Shown here: positions 1 through 13,190 of the stretch, piece after piece
How the letters are laid out: each line of letters opens with the position of its first letter
Position numbering within the stretch: position 1 is the stretch's first letter
Assembly (NCBI GenBank): GCA_028023455.1
Contig: JAQFVV010000001.1
Location: forward strand, 26,970,001 to 27,034,000
DNA length: 64,000 bases
Source: Epiperipatus broadwayi
Taxonomy: Eukaryota > Animalia > Onychophora
Direction: 5' to 3'
Made by a program: the position numbers and the translations under genes
The notes under the pieces: model-generated
Told to the model about the DNA's origin: nothing
Seen by the model: only the letters and a program-made list of their open reading frames with translations
Databases searched by the model: none

Positions 1-597
1 AGGAATGAAATACTTAGATACTTTCTGAGAAATGTTTGTATCTTTGCTTCTGTAGCTAGTATATGATTTCTTGCCACTATTTTGCAATGAAGAATTGTAA
101 CAAGCTATATGATTTTGTTGTTATATGAAAAATTTTCTTTATTATTATAACAGAATCTTTGATAGCAAATAAAATGACAACATATTTGTTATAGTTGAAC
201 AATTTAGTAGCTCCTTTCTAAAAATAAGCAATATTTGAATTTCTGAAGTCTCTTGAGTACTTTTTCCTGGCATAGTTTAGTTGTTTAATTTTAGAAACAA
301 TTTCTAAGTGCTTTTTTCAGTTTCTGCCATTATATCTAATAGATATTATATAGTATGATATCAACGTTTAATTTTTTTCCAGAACAGAAGTTTTAGCATT
401 AATTAGATGTTTGAAATTCTGATTTTTAAAATTGATATTGAAACTTCTGTTCTGAAAATTTTTTTTTGCTAATGGCAGCAACAAGGAAGTAAACCTAAAA
501 TTGCTTCTAGAAGTAGCCAAAACACTACACTGGAGAATAAAAAAAAACATTTGAGGAACTCCAGCAACCCAAGTCAAATATTACCTATATTTTAAGC

Positions 598-773
598 CAA
601 TAAACATCACATGACCACCATTTCTTATGCTTGCTTATAACTGTTATTAAAACAAGCAAAACTCTATGTACACTAGATGGGGATTTTATGCACAAGCCTT
701 CTGGCATCCATTGATTATTCTGGCTTGCACTGAATGGCAATATGTACGGATGGAGAGTTTTGCCTGTTTTTAT
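598..773 (+). mobile_element. Family A short repeat, internally deleted copy lacking the ribozyme segment
   Basis: Starts with the same caataaacatcacatgaccaccatttcttatgc terminus as the copies at 33764 and 34924, and shares the tagatgggga..ctggcttgcactg..ggagagttt segment. Confidence 0.8.
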
Positions 774-2247
774 TACCCATGTTGAAAGGAAAGTTATTAA
801 ATCATTCAAACTAGACATCTATAATAATTATCCCTGCTGACAAAAACAATCTATAATGTTAATATTCTACCAAAACTTAATGTTAGTTCTAAAAATTCAT
901 TACATCAAATTTTGTCAAGATTTCTTATCAATATTTTTCTTCTTCAATATATAAGACATAGTCATTTGTCAGGAATTCTGAGTATTTTTTCAAATTATTT
1001 CAAAAACACACAGTTAGAAAGAAAAAATATATTAATAAGCTGTAAAAAGTTTATCCACAAATATAGTTAGTAATGAAATATTGTCTATTATATGAAATAG
1101 ATTAAATAAAAATGATAGAGTACAGAGAGAACAACTCTTTCTTTTGATAGTATAATAGAACTGTTAAACATTGTGCATAATGATAACACAACCAATGAAA
1201 TCTAAGTAAGGTTATGGGTATATTACTGTTATCCCTGATTAACATCATTTACATGGAAAAGCTTAAAACTACAGCCATAAACACTAACCATTTTGACTAA
1301 AAGTATGGTCTTGTTGTGTCAATGATATGCGTATTATATGAAATATAATGAAGTACTATTATAAACATACTAGAAAATAACAGTAACATATCTCATTTAA
1401 ATTCACAATAGAATTAAAACAACAATAAAAACTGACATTCTTAGATTTTCTTATGATAAAACTACCTCATGGCAAAATCAAAACTACTGTTTGTAGAATC
1501 CTTCTCTACAGCATAGCAAATGATTTAGCATATTCTCTAATAATTTCATAAATACAAAAAGTGGAATTATGTTATCACTATGAAACAGAGAAAAAGAAGT
1601 TTGTTCAAAAGCCATTGATTTAGAAAAAGAGAAGTCCATGACAGAATATACTTTCATAAAAAATAATTATCCATCTTCTATCATTGAAAATCTTAAATAA
1701 ACAATAATAATAAAAAAATAATAGTTGCTATAATTTAACCATACATATCAAGGATAAACTAAAAAAAAATCTTCAATCAATACAATATCAAATCAGTTTT
1801 CAAAAGCTTTAGTACTCTGCAAGGAATCATAATCTCTATAAAACCTAAGCTTAAAATATTTTAAAAATAAGAACTGCATCTATGAAATATCACATGAGTG
1901 GGGAAGAACATCTACTGAATAGCTATCCCATTAAAAAGATTTAAAAGAATATACAACAATTAGAAAAAAAGTCAGATATATCTAAACTAGAACATACATG
2001 TACCAATAAAAATGTGTTTGATTGTGAAAATACAAGAATATTGGTCAGAGAGAGAGAAAAAATTAAAAAGCTGTTTTCATGATAATGACAAATATTCCTA
2101 TAAACTATTTACTGTAATAATTCATAATGGTTGAAAAATGATTAAATATTCTTGTCCTTAAAAAAAAAAAAGAGAAACTAGAAGCCCAATCATAGATTAC
2201 TATATAAAATTTTTGCTGACTGATATGTTTGACAGAATAGCCTAGTT

Positions 2248-5145
2248 CAGCATTCCTTAAACTGTGGGTTGTGACCCCATTTGGGGTCATGAAGTAAGAA
2301 CTTAGGGTTGCAAAAATTTAATTTATATACATGAATTTAAAGAAATATTAGTTGCAATCCCTTGATTATCTTTAATTTAATATATTACATTTTTTGTACA
2401 GCGCAATTATAAAATCATAATGATGGCCAATTTGAGCTGTAAATTATATTTACATATTAAAAAATAACACTAAATGCATCATAATAGTGGTGTCACATTG
2501 CAAATTCAGCATATAAGTTATTTCAGAATCAAAATATATGCTGCAGTAGTGAGAATAAAGTTGGTGATACTGTGATTATATAATGCATTTCCGGTCAAGT
2601 TATTTGTTTCAGTTTCATTTCAACAAGTGTCCACATCACAAGAACAATACAATATTGTATTTTATTATTTTACTCGACTAAGATTAGTATTTATTTGAAT
2701 AAATATTATGAAAAATATTATTTTTATATATAAAAATGCTTGTATATTTTTTTTTCTCACTTTTTTATTCAAAATTTATCATCCTATTAGTTATTATAAA
2801 AATTTATTTTTTATTTGAAACTTATTGTCCTTTATTTATTAACAAGTGAAAACATATTCCTATTTTTTAAAATTAACAGATAATTTATAATTAATTTATT
2901 GACATTTTTAAATATTAAAAAATAAAACATACAAGGGATATTAAAAATAGAACATATGGGAGTAAATATGCTTTGCATAATTAAACAAAAAACACGGCTG
3001 CCACTTGTATTTCTGCTAACTAATAAGTATTATTATTTTATTTATATTTTAGGGTAAAAATACTTTTTACCCCTGAATAAATGGTTGAGCTTGAGTACCA
3101 CAGGTAATTATGCAGATGGCAATGCTACAAAGTCTCTTCAAGCAGGATCTCATAATCAGAAAGAGGCATCTAAGAAGATCAGAAAGAGGCATCTAAGAAG
3201 CAAAAAAAGAAAATATGATGAGACATTTTCCCAATTTGGCTTTACTTTCAACAACTGAGATGGTAATGAACAACCTCTTTGTTTAATTTGCAATAATGTT
3301 TTGTTTATGGAGAGTATGAAACCATCAAAATTAAAAAGGCATTTTGAATCCAAGCATCCTTCATATGTCAATAAACCAAAAGAATATTTTGAACAACTGT
3401 TAAAAACTTAAGATAAAGAAAAACAATATTTTGAGAAATTTATAATTGTTAATGAAAAATATTGCTCACATCATATGAAGTTTCATATGTGATTGTAAAA
3501 AATAAAAATCCATACACCATTGGAGAAGATCTTATATCACCTGCTGCTATTAAAGTGGTAGAAATACTTCACAGAAGTAAATATGGTGATGAAATTCAGA
3601 AAATTCCTTTATCAAATGACACTGTCTCTAATAGAATTTCTGAAATTAGCAACGACCAATTTGAGCAATTTATTATTAGACTTAAAGAAAATCCAATATT
3701 TACAATTCAGTTGGATGAAACAACTGATATTTCAAAAATAGTTCAATTATTAGTGTATGTCAGATACCTTTATAAAGAAAACATTGAAGAAGAATTGTTA
3801 TTTTGTCATTCTTTGAAAGAACATACAAGAGGGGAAGACATATATAATAGAGTAGACAAATTTTTTATAACTGAAGGTTTAAAATGGAAAAATTGCTTTG
3901 GAATATGTACAGACGATGCAAAAGCAATAACTGGTGAAAATATTGGTTTTAAATCATTTGTTAAAGCTTTTGATAATAATATTGTAACTTTTGCACACTT
4001 CCTGATTCATCGAGAGGCCTTTGCAACAAAAAAATTAGCAACAGAATTGAATGATGTGCTTTAGGATGCTGTCAAAATTATAAACTTTATTAAAAACTGT
4101 GCCCTTAACAGTTATTTATTTTCAAATCTTTGTAAAGACATGGACTCTGAATACAAAAATTTATTATTACACATAGAAGTAAGATGGATGTCAAGAGGGC
4201 ATAGTTTAAGAAGATTATTGTTATTAAAAAAGGAAATTATTGTATTTTTAACTGAACAAAAATCTGATTTTGCTGCTTTTTTTCAGAATGATTTATGGCT
4301 ATCAAAGCTGTGCTATTTGTCTGATATTTTTGAGAAGCTAAATGATCTTAACTTGTCTCTTTAAGGAAAAAATAGCAATATTTTTATTTAGAATGATAAA
4401 ATTGAAGGTTTTATTAAAAAGATCAACATTTGAAAGAATAGGGTGGAAAATGATTCATTGGAAATGTTTTTTACTATCAACAATTTTAGAATTAAAAAAA
4501 ATAATTGCAAAACTTTAATTGCAAAAATGATTGCAGATCACTTTAAAATCCTAAAAACACAGTTTTACAAATACTTTATATCGAATTTAGATTTCAAAAA
4601 GTTATCTTGGATTCAAAGACCATTTTTGATTGACATTAATGAGATTAATCACCTGCCACATAAAGCCCAATAAAAATTTGCTGAGCTATCAAGTGATTCA
4701 AACTTAAAACTTGACTTTCCACAAAAATGCCTTGACTGAATTCTGGATCAGAGCTAGGACTGAATTTTCTACAATTTCTGAAATGGCATTAAATGTTCTT
4801 CTGCCATTCAGCATGACATACTTATGTGAAATGACTTTTTCAGCTTTAATGTATATTAAATACAACTATCATGCAACACTGATCAAATATTTTACCAAGA
4901 TTTAATTTGTTATGCAGCAAAAAACAAGCACATCCGTCTCATTAAAATATGATTTTCTTTTATTAATTTTTGTATACTTAAAACAAATCCTAAAACTACT
5001 TATTTTCATATGTATATTATTTACCAAAGAAATAAATTGTTGGGAATATTTATTTCTACATCTATTTTATATTTAATATTTGGGGTTGCAAAAAAATCTT
5101 GATAATAAAAAGGGGTCATGAATGAAAAAAGTTCAAGAAGCACTG
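2248..5145 (+). mobile_element. hAT (Buster/Charlie-type) DNA transposon, full-length but inactive
   Basis: Imperfect TIRs: CAGCATTCCTTAAACT at the left, reverse complement CAGTGCTTCTTGAACT at the right. Degenerate 8-bp TSD gccTAgtt/gctTAact with the central TA typical of Buster. GGGGTCAT and GGGTTGCAAAA motifs near both ends; internal transposase. Confidence 0.88.
3200..4905 (+). pseudogene. hAT transposase pseudogene (ZBED5/ZBED8/SCAND3-like)
   Basis: BED-finger-like KKRKYDETFSQFGF..CLICNNVL..ESMKPSKLKRHFESKH; FTIQLDETTDIS; EVRWMSRG; C-terminal LLPFSMTYLCEMTFS. Broken by stops into the track ORFs at 3462, 4140, 4443 and 4711. Confidence 0.92.
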
Positions 5146-5734
5146 GCTTAACTAATTAATGCATCATCCAGTTCCATTTCCATTTAGCTTTCATTAGTCA
5201 AGCACTCAGGCTAGCGAAATTAAGAAAAAATGGTAGAAGCACTGTGTTCTACAGCCACCTCTGCATTATTATAGATAAATAGATTTAGAAAGATGTAAAT
5301 AATGTATGAATTTTTTTTAAAAGTGTAACAATTTCAGCTATCTAGATAATGGAAATTATTTAACATATAATTACAATTAAACTGTCATCATAATCAGTCA
5401 GATAATCACATACACATGCATGCACGCACATACATACATGTGTACACATTATTCTTGTATTATGATTTGATTTGATAAAAATGAGTAATATTTTTTTGAC
5501 TAATAAAATCTAAATCACAGCATACTGTGAAATTTCAGGGTAATCATTTTTATAAACGGATAACTGCTTCTTAAGAGTGTTTTTTTTTCTTTCATAAAAG
5601 ATGCTGAATCAAGCATAAAAAGATTCTTTATAAATATTTTTTAGATCTAATTATATATTTTTAAACCAAATTTAAAAACTATAACATATTTCATTTTTTT
5701 TAAAAAAAAAAGGCATTGCAAAACGTTTTCTTAC

Positions 5735-5780
5735 TTGAATTAATATAAAATAGGCTCTAAGATCATCTTTTGTATGAGGC
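5735..5780 (-). CDS. HECTD2: HECTD2-like exon (PHTKDDLRAYFILIQ)
   Basis: tatag acceptor after a T-rich tract, gtaaga donor, 46 nt, phase 2 to 0. Near-identical to recalled PRTKDDLRAYFILLQ. Confidence 0.92.
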
Positions 5781-6317
5781 CTATATGTAAAAAATAAAAT
5801 AAAATGGTTAGTAACAAAAATACATAAAAAGTCATTTAAAATTATACTAAAACTATATATTCATATGTAATTTAAAAATTATTAATTTATATAATGTGCA
5901 TTATAAGTATTGAACACATAACAAAATATTTTACATGACTAAAAAGATGAAATCTTACATACTATTGTGTTCTAGAAAATATGATTGAAAATGATTGAAT
6001 GTATATTTATGCAATAACTTTAGTTATTGTTATAGTTGAATAATTATAAATGAAGTTTTATCAACTACATAAATTTTTTAAAAGAAAATAATCATGGAAT
6101 AGTTGGTTTTTCAAAAGGGTGTATAACATTTGAGCATTACAATTGATAGTTTAATCGGTTTAATAACATTTCCTTCTTCAATCACTATAACACTGTACTA
6201 AACAGTATAAAACAATCCTCAAAAGATTTTTGGCATAACGATAATCATGATAATGACCTGTTTAGCAGAATAGCTACATACTTGTATCTATCATAGAATT
6301 ATCCCTAAATATCACAA

Positions 6318-6500
6318 TCCTAAGATCTAGGTACAATGCTCTCAGATCCAAGGCTCTTCACTGATGAAAGCCACAAGCTAAAAACTAATCTGAGGATATT
6401 GAATGAGTAGGCTTTAGATAGGAATTCTATGCACAAACCTTCTTGCATCCATTGATTATCATGGCTTACACTGGATGGCACTACTCTATGGAAAGTTTGT
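6318..6500 (+). mobile_element. Family A short repeat with degenerate hammerhead motif
   Basis: Homologous to 33870-34060. CTGATGA at 6361-6367 and stem II AGC/GCT are present, but GAAA reads AAAA and GTC reads ATC. Confidence 0.8.
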
Positions 6501-7925
6501 CACTGTTAGAATTATGCCCCTAAATACTTTTCTAACTATAAATAAATTTCTATTAACTGAAATTTAAAATTATAATTTAGATGTCAAAGATCATTGGACT
6601 GTATAAGTTTTAGAAATGAGTTTAAATTTCCATATATATTAATGACTAATTTATAAATGCCAAATATTATAATGCATTAATCAACTTCTTACATGAATGT
6701 TCAATAAATTTTTCTAATTTAAAACAAATTAATCTGTATTCAGACAAGAAAAAAATTCAGTTACTTAAAAATATTACTGGAATAAATAAAATTTATTTTA
6801 CATCATATATTTAAAGTTACATCACATATTTTAATAATAAAATTCACTATTTAGAATTGTACTGTAAAGTTTATATATTTTTAACTAGTTAGTGATATTT
6901 TGTCACTATTAATTCAGATAAAACTATCAGGTCATGAAAGCAAATTAAATTATAAACCAAATTAAAATCTATAAACAGAAAATTAAAATCTATAAACAGA
7001 AGTACTTAATACTATAATATCTGCTATTATTTCATTCCATAAAAAGCCTGGGTCATAACTTTTTAAGTTTATTTTGATAATGCACTTAGTACATATAGCA
7101 AAAAAGAGCAATCAGAATCATGTTTTCATTAAATTATATTAAACAGTGAGTATTGCCAATTCCTCTACAAGCTTTATGATAAATGCTTAGCCAGAGCCAG
7201 CACTTAAAATATCTGTCAGGAAACCCTCCCTTCCATTCTCAGACATCAGATTGCAATTTTGGCACCTAGGACAAAATTTAAAAACTGTATTTTTTAAAAT
7301 TATTTAGAAGAGCCTCAAGTGCATATACAGCACATCTGTCTATCTTATCAAGAGCTGGGATTCAAATCCAAGCCAAATGAGTTTCTTTTCAAAACAATTT
7401 AATTTTAATTTTCTGGACTATATTCTAAGTAGCTAATCATCCAGCATTGATAATAGAGCAAAAAATCCAAATGGAAAACCATTCAAGTTCCCATAATCCA
7501 CCAATTAGCAAGCTTGGTAAATTCAGTGTTCTCCTTTTGGGTTTCTCTGAGAAGCTTAAAGAGATTTCTGTCATGCAATAAAGTATTCATTAAAAAAAGA
7601 CTCTTTTACTTATTTATTTAAAATGATTTACTGAACAAAACAATTGATGTAAAATAATATATATATTAAATAAAATGAAATATATTTATTTAAAAAATAA
7701 ACAAAAATAAAAAATTTTAAGATTAAAAAAATGCAGAAAAATGAAACAAAATAAATGAAAATATAATAAATAATAAAATTCTTAAAAAAATCATAATACA
7801 TCATTCTTTGGAAGGCCTGCTATTAAATCAAAAATATTTTTTAGATTTCATTCATTTTAGCATCTATGAATTGCAAAATATTGAGACTACTTGAAAAATA
7901 AAATACTCCACTTCATAGCTAAGAT

Positions 7926-7980
7926 CAGGGATTAGCAATTTATGGCCCACAGACCATTTTCAGCCCACAAGATGATTTTA
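7926..7980 (+). mobile_element. Possible left end of a hAT/Charlie-type MITE
   Basis: caggggattagcaatttatggcccacagaccattttcagccc resembles the CAGGGG..CAAAC..GGCCC..GGCCC hAT terminal pattern. Partner end not assigned; a hAT-like right end (aaaaaggtttcccacccctg) occurs at about 20655-20672. Confidence 0.4.
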
Positions 7981-8074
7981 TCTAGTGCTGTGCTGTTCAT
8001 AACGACATATTTTGTTATAATTAACAAATAGTAAAACATTATTTTTTGATCTTGTTTAACAAATGAAACAAAAC

Positions 8075-8435
8075 TTAAGGTCAACATGGGCATGACAATA
8101 ATATTGGCATTAATAAGAGATATGGACATTCCATCATCAGATTTTTAATAGTATGGATGGCTAAAGAGTTGGAGGATGGAGTAGATTGAAGCCTGTCCAT
8201 TAAAGTAAGAAGATTTGCTATATAATATAAATTGAGGGCTGATAATATAGGTGTATGGAAGATGATGATCTGGATCAACTGGTGAATGCTGGTTTAGAAT
8301 TAAATACTTATATTGGAGAATGTTTATTTTTTACACATGTGTGTGGTCATGGGCCTCGGTTGTATGAGATAGAGTGAATAGCTGTAGGGAGCTTGAAAGT
8401 TTGTGTTCAAATCCCTTATATTATATCTAGACTCC
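8075..8435 (-). mobile_element. Family B repeat (Penelope-like 3' fragment)
   Basis: Homologous to 21285-21640, 21735-22080 and 58782-59350. Minus-strand CTGATGA at 8134-8140 followed by a TGGA-ATG-TCCA hairpin. Confidence 0.75.
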
Positions 8436-9418
8436 AGGTGTATAAAATATACTTGTATTTAAAATATTATCTTTTGATTATATAATATTTGCAACCAGGA
8501 CGTAAAGCTAAAAAAAACTACATACCAGAGCAAATAGGATAAATTTTTGATTTTTATATAGAAAGACATCTTATTTTTTTTCTCCAAAGATAAATAGCTT
8601 TTTTTTCTAATTAAAAATAAATTAAAGCTAAATAGATAGAACATTTTATAAGAGATAATGAAAAAAAAATTACTTTTTAAGAAAAAATTAAAAAAGTAAG
8701 CGTAAAGATATCTTGTAATTTCATAAAAGTATTTAAAAGTAAAAGTTTTCATACAATTTTATAAAATTTACCCCATTTAAGTAATTGGATCATATAAATT
8801 CTAGTGATTAAATTGACCTGTAAAGACTTAAAATTTGTTATTTGACTCTCGAAAGAAAAAGTTCGTCTATTCTGGTTAAGATAAAAGAAAGATTATTCTC
8901 TAAACTCTTTTGTTTACATTTTAAGCATACTTTTTTAATTAAAGGATTATTCAGAAAAAGTTTTTAAAGTGAATAAAAAATTTATTTAGAGAATTAACTG
9001 ATTTTTGATTAATGAGAAGAGAAGAGTATTTTTTATATTGAATCCATTCTTTTTCAAATGGTTTTAAATTTATTTTTTTGCTTTAAATTAAAATTAATAA
9101 AAAATAATTTAAAAATATTATATCTCAAATGTTACATGTTAAAAGCAAGTGCTTTTTGCCTAGCTCATTAGTCCAGTCTGTTTGCTGTGGGGATATCTTG
9201 TCAAAATATTAAAGAAATAGTTATTGGAAGCGTGGACACATTAAAAGATACTAACCTGAAATATAATTTTTAAAATTATGCCTTTAAAAAAAAATTGAGC
9301 AAACTTGTGAACTTCACTCAAATAAATTAATTTCTATACAAAAATTAAGTCATATGCTACTCACACGGAAAAAAATCAATTTCTAAATACCTATAGTATC
9401 ATTACAGTAAAACATTAC

Positions 9419-9480
9419 CTCTTGTCTTTTAATAGCATGTTGATCATACAACGTAATACCACCCTTTGGATTTCTTGAGG
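9419..9480 (-). CDS. HECTD2: HECTD2-like exon (PQEIQRVVLRCMINMLLKDK-R)
   Basis: ttttccacag acceptor, gtaatg donor, 62 nt, phase 0 to 2. Matches recalled PQDVQKTVLKGIINSLLREWK. Confidence 0.88.
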
Positions 9481-9657
9481 CTGTGGAAAAAAATATTTTT
9501 CTTAAAACAAACAGTTATTGAAATAATATTATTTTTTTAAAACTTGTTAATAATGAAAACACCGAAAAATAATAATGAGTAATATTAATGTAATAAAAAT
9601 ATTTAAATATCTATATCCTTATATTTAAAATTAAAGATAAAAAGAATGTATATTTAC

Positions 9658-9747
9658 CAATACTTCTAGATAATCATATGCAGTAGAAGCAAGATCCAAT
9701 TTGATCCCAGGATCATCTATACTCCAGCCTTCTTTTCCAGGATTTTT
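9658..9747 (-). CDS. HECTD2: HECTD2-like exon (KNPGKEGWSIDDPGIKLDLASTAYDYLEVL)
   Basis: tttag acceptor, gtaaat donor, 90 nt, phase 0-0. Colinear with recalled KDATASFNTIEDSGINAKFVNAVYDTLLNT. Confidence 0.85.
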
Positions 9748-10140
9748 CTAAATAAAAATGATTATTTTTATTATATAAAATAATTGCCATAAGAAGATCA
9801 ATAAGAATAATATTTGATGTTTATTTAGATGACCTTGAATATTATTAAAAATTAACACTAATGTAAATGATGGTCTCCAGAAATTCATAATTTATAGTGA
9901 CACTAAAAAGTAACATTTTTTAAAAAAAGTAAGGTAAACCCAAACACATGGAAGTTGTAACTCATGATAATTCACCATTTTCAAATCTAAATGTCCACAT
10001 CAGTAAAAACTGTGCAGGTATAATAATAGACATCTTAAGATATAAATTTAAATCTACCTTTATTGTTAAAAGGGTTACCATGATAACAGGTTGAGATTGT
10101 TGCTTATTGATATTGGGATTGTTTAAGTGTTGACTGATTT

Positions 10141-10246
10141 TTTTTTTTAAGTGTCATAGCATCGGCCGGGACGTGAACCCGCAATCCGGGCAACTGCCTG
10201 CTAGTGCAAGGCAGTCGCACTGACCTCTCGACCACCAATGCAAGAC
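10141..10246 (-). mobile_element. tRNA-Gly-derived SINE, full length, 16-bp TSD
   Basis: Minus strand GCATTGGTGG...CTGCCTTGCA..GCAGTTGCCCGG..GGGTTCACGTCCCGGCCGATGC, then a short tail and A-run. TSD AAGTGTTGACTGATTT at 10125-10140 and 10247-10262. Confidence 0.88.
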
Positions 10247-11622
10247 AAGTGTTGACTGATTTAAATGATATTTTCATCTAATATGGTAAATAATTTGATT
10301 TTTAAAAAAGCTGTTTTTTTGATGTAATAAACAAAAAAACAATAGTAATTCTTTATTTTTATTATTATGCATACTTAATCATGTCATCATTAGCAATCAC
10401 TTACAATGGGTGACCTTTCTATCTCCATCAAGAAAAACAAATAAAAATAAAGAATACAATGCTAAGATGACTTTACTAATAATTATACAAACTAATCCAT
10501 GAAATCCAAATATATCCATATATTGTTCTTCAGTATATTTATTTGTTCTGAAAATCTTTCATATCTTGCTTAATTGTAACTCTTCATTGTATTTTATATT
10601 CAATCATATTTTCCAAATAGATCAATCATTATTATCTGGGACAATCTTTTATAACATAAAAAAAATCAGTCTTTCCCATGAAAATCATGCTCATATTCAT
10701 AATAAAATATTTTGTTAAAAAGCTTATTATTATTCTTTTTTTTTTTTTTAGAATTCAGTGAAGCTGAAACATCAGATCATAATGATTAGTCATTATTTTA
10801 CCATCATATTTTCAGAACCTTATAAAGCATCCTTAAATAAAAATATTTCCAGTGCTTTTATTTTTATAATTATAAATGGTCTATATCACACTTTAATACT
10901 ATAAATTGAGAAGAAAATTGAAACTATTAATATGAATGCTTAGGTATGACATGACTCCTTAATAACAAATTAGTTTTACTTTACATCAATGGATATTTTG
11001 GACCAAATTTAAATGAACTGATAGAATAATTGGAATAATCTGATATTTGCATCATGATTCAGAAAGTGAACAAAAATACTTGCTTAAAATATAATTAACA
11101 TATAAAAGAGCTCATCTAACAATTCATTAGAATACTGTATTGGTTTTCGATTCAATTAGTGAAACAAAAAAGTCTAAAGTGAGCATGATCAGCAAAATGA
11201 GTACTTCCTTTGCATCAATAATTTTTAAGACTTTTTGTCTGGAATTAAACTACTGACTTTAAATCCCATTACGGTTTTGAAAGATTATTAATTTTATTAT
11301 TGTATTAAGCAGATAATGCCACATGGTAATTATTATCTGAGAACTAGTTAGGAATTTTATTTTTAGTATACCCAAGAACAAACTTGCTGGTATCCACAAG
11401 TAACATAACCATCATGAAAATCCACATTATTCATTAATACTTATTAAAATATAGCATGAGTAGAGTTGTTTTTAAAGAGTGAATATTAAATTCCCTAACA
11501 ATGTGTTTGGAATAGGATTGCTTTTTCTAATGTAACCATTATTTTTAACTTGGAGTATATTAAGCTTTATTTACAGTTATTAAATATAATTAATATTTTC
11601 TAAAGTAAAAATTGATACAGAC

Positions 11623-11725
11623 CTTAAAAACAGTATTCATGTTTTGAAATGAATCAAATGCTGCTGAGTAAAACTCTAAAACTTCTTTATAATCATCAGA
11701 TTCTTTTGCCCTTTCTATATCAGCT
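11623..11725 (-). CDS. HECTD2: HECTD2-like exon (ADIERAKESDDYKEVLEFYSAAFDSFQNMNTVFK)
   Basis: ttttag acceptor, GT donor, 103 nt (1 nt + 34 codons). Resembles recalled vertebrate HECTD2 EDVEKVKSSGDWKAVHDFYLTTFDSFPELNAAFK. Confidence 0.88.
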
Positions 11726-11999
11726 CTAAAATATAAAAAAGAATATGCTAATTTATTTCATTCATTAAAACATATAAAATGTACAATAAATAAACAAAAT
11801 GTATATTGATAATTATTTTATATAAATTGTATATATGTAAAGACTTTATGAATATATTATTCAGGATTTTATTATTAAATAAATTTAAAAATTTAGATCA
11901 GGATTAATAAAATACAATTAGTGAATATTCTATTTTCTATAACTAATGTCTTAATTTATCTTTTTATCTGACTTTTTTTAATTTCTTTTAATCTCAAAT

Positions 12000-13190
12000 G
12001 TTTTGTGTTTTTGCAATTCATTCTACTGCATCATCTACTTCATCTTCTCTTTTTTTTTTAGTTTCCAGTTGTCATTTCTCTTTTTAATAATAGTTTCATC
12101 TTTTTTTCTTATTGCTGAAATAATTTGCTTTCCAATACCAAAATATTATTTTATACTTTTCAGACTTTTCTATAGCTTTTCTTGCCAATTCATAACAATA
12201 TTTTCTTGTTTCCATTTTTTATACTATTTTACTAAACTCTAGATTTTAATTTTTCTTAATGAACCTTCTAAAAAAATTCCATATTTTTCTTTTCTTTATA
12301 TATTTCTGAAAGTTTGGAATATCAATTGTTTATATTGACTTTCTTAATAGGTTTTTGTCTCTAGTTTTGCAATGACATATTTTTTATTTCTCACAAATCA
12401 ATAATCACTTTCTCTGTTGAATCTATTAAAAACATTAAGTAACATTGGATATACATATTACTTAAGATGTAATCAAGTTTTGTGCTGTACCTTCATTTGG
12501 ATGATTTCAGATGAATTTCTGTTTAATATTTTTTTTTTCAAAAAAGCCTTCATAATATACAGTTTTTCTTTTTTCTAAAAAGTTTGTGTCCTTTCTCAGC
12601 TTTATCATCATAACTAAATTTTCCCCAAGGACTTTCATTTTTCTATCATTTAACAAATTTGGCATCAATGTCTCTCATGATGATTTTAAAATAGTTGATT
12701 TGATTCAAATCCTTTTGTGCATTCATATAAAAATTCTTTACCTCTTTGTCACAATGAGGACTTGTTGGGGTATAGACCTAAATTATCTGCATTTGATATC
12801 TTCCATTAATTTAAATATGTAATGTTGCCACTCTGTCTGATATACTATTCATTTCTACAATATTATTCTTCCACTTTTTATTTATGATAAAACCGACATT
12901 GTACGTGCTTCCTATATTAGCACCTTTGTAGTAAAGTATAATGTGTATTTTTAAATTATTGGACTCTTCACCTTTTCTTTTAATTTTGCAAAGTCCAACA
13001 ATGTGTCATTTAATCATTGATGATTCTTCTTCCAATTCATGCATTCTTACTTCATTTGAAAGTAATCTACAGCTATAATTAAGTAAATAAAAAGGCAATA
13101 ACAAATGGTAGACCACATCCAGAAAATTCTTAACACCCATTCCTATCAGCTGCCAAACACTGCTTTGGCTAAAAACTTGATAGCTCTCCT
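12000..13190 (-). mobile_element. RTE-clade LINE 5' fragment (AP endonuclease pseudogene)
   Basis: Decayed translation NCRLLSNEVRMHELEEE..IVGLC..GFIINKKWKNNI..SISDRVA..VYTPTS..IIMRDIDAK fits the APE motifs (VYAPT, GDFNAK). Confidence 0.8.

Noticed and set aside
99-219. Minus-strand phase-0 open frame after a tttttag acceptor (KGATKLFNYNKYVVILF...)
   Set aside because: It does not resemble the expected next exon and runs into a stop without a convincing donor.
368-577. Track ORF containing FFFILQ as the next HECTD2-like exon
   Set aside because: The true AYFILIQ exon is at 5735-5780. This frame has no compatible splice sites or similarity to the expected NPQF-type sequence.
10159-10241. Functional tRNA gene
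   Set aside because: It has an enlarged anticodon and variable region, an A-tail and a TSD, which mark a retroposed SINE copy.
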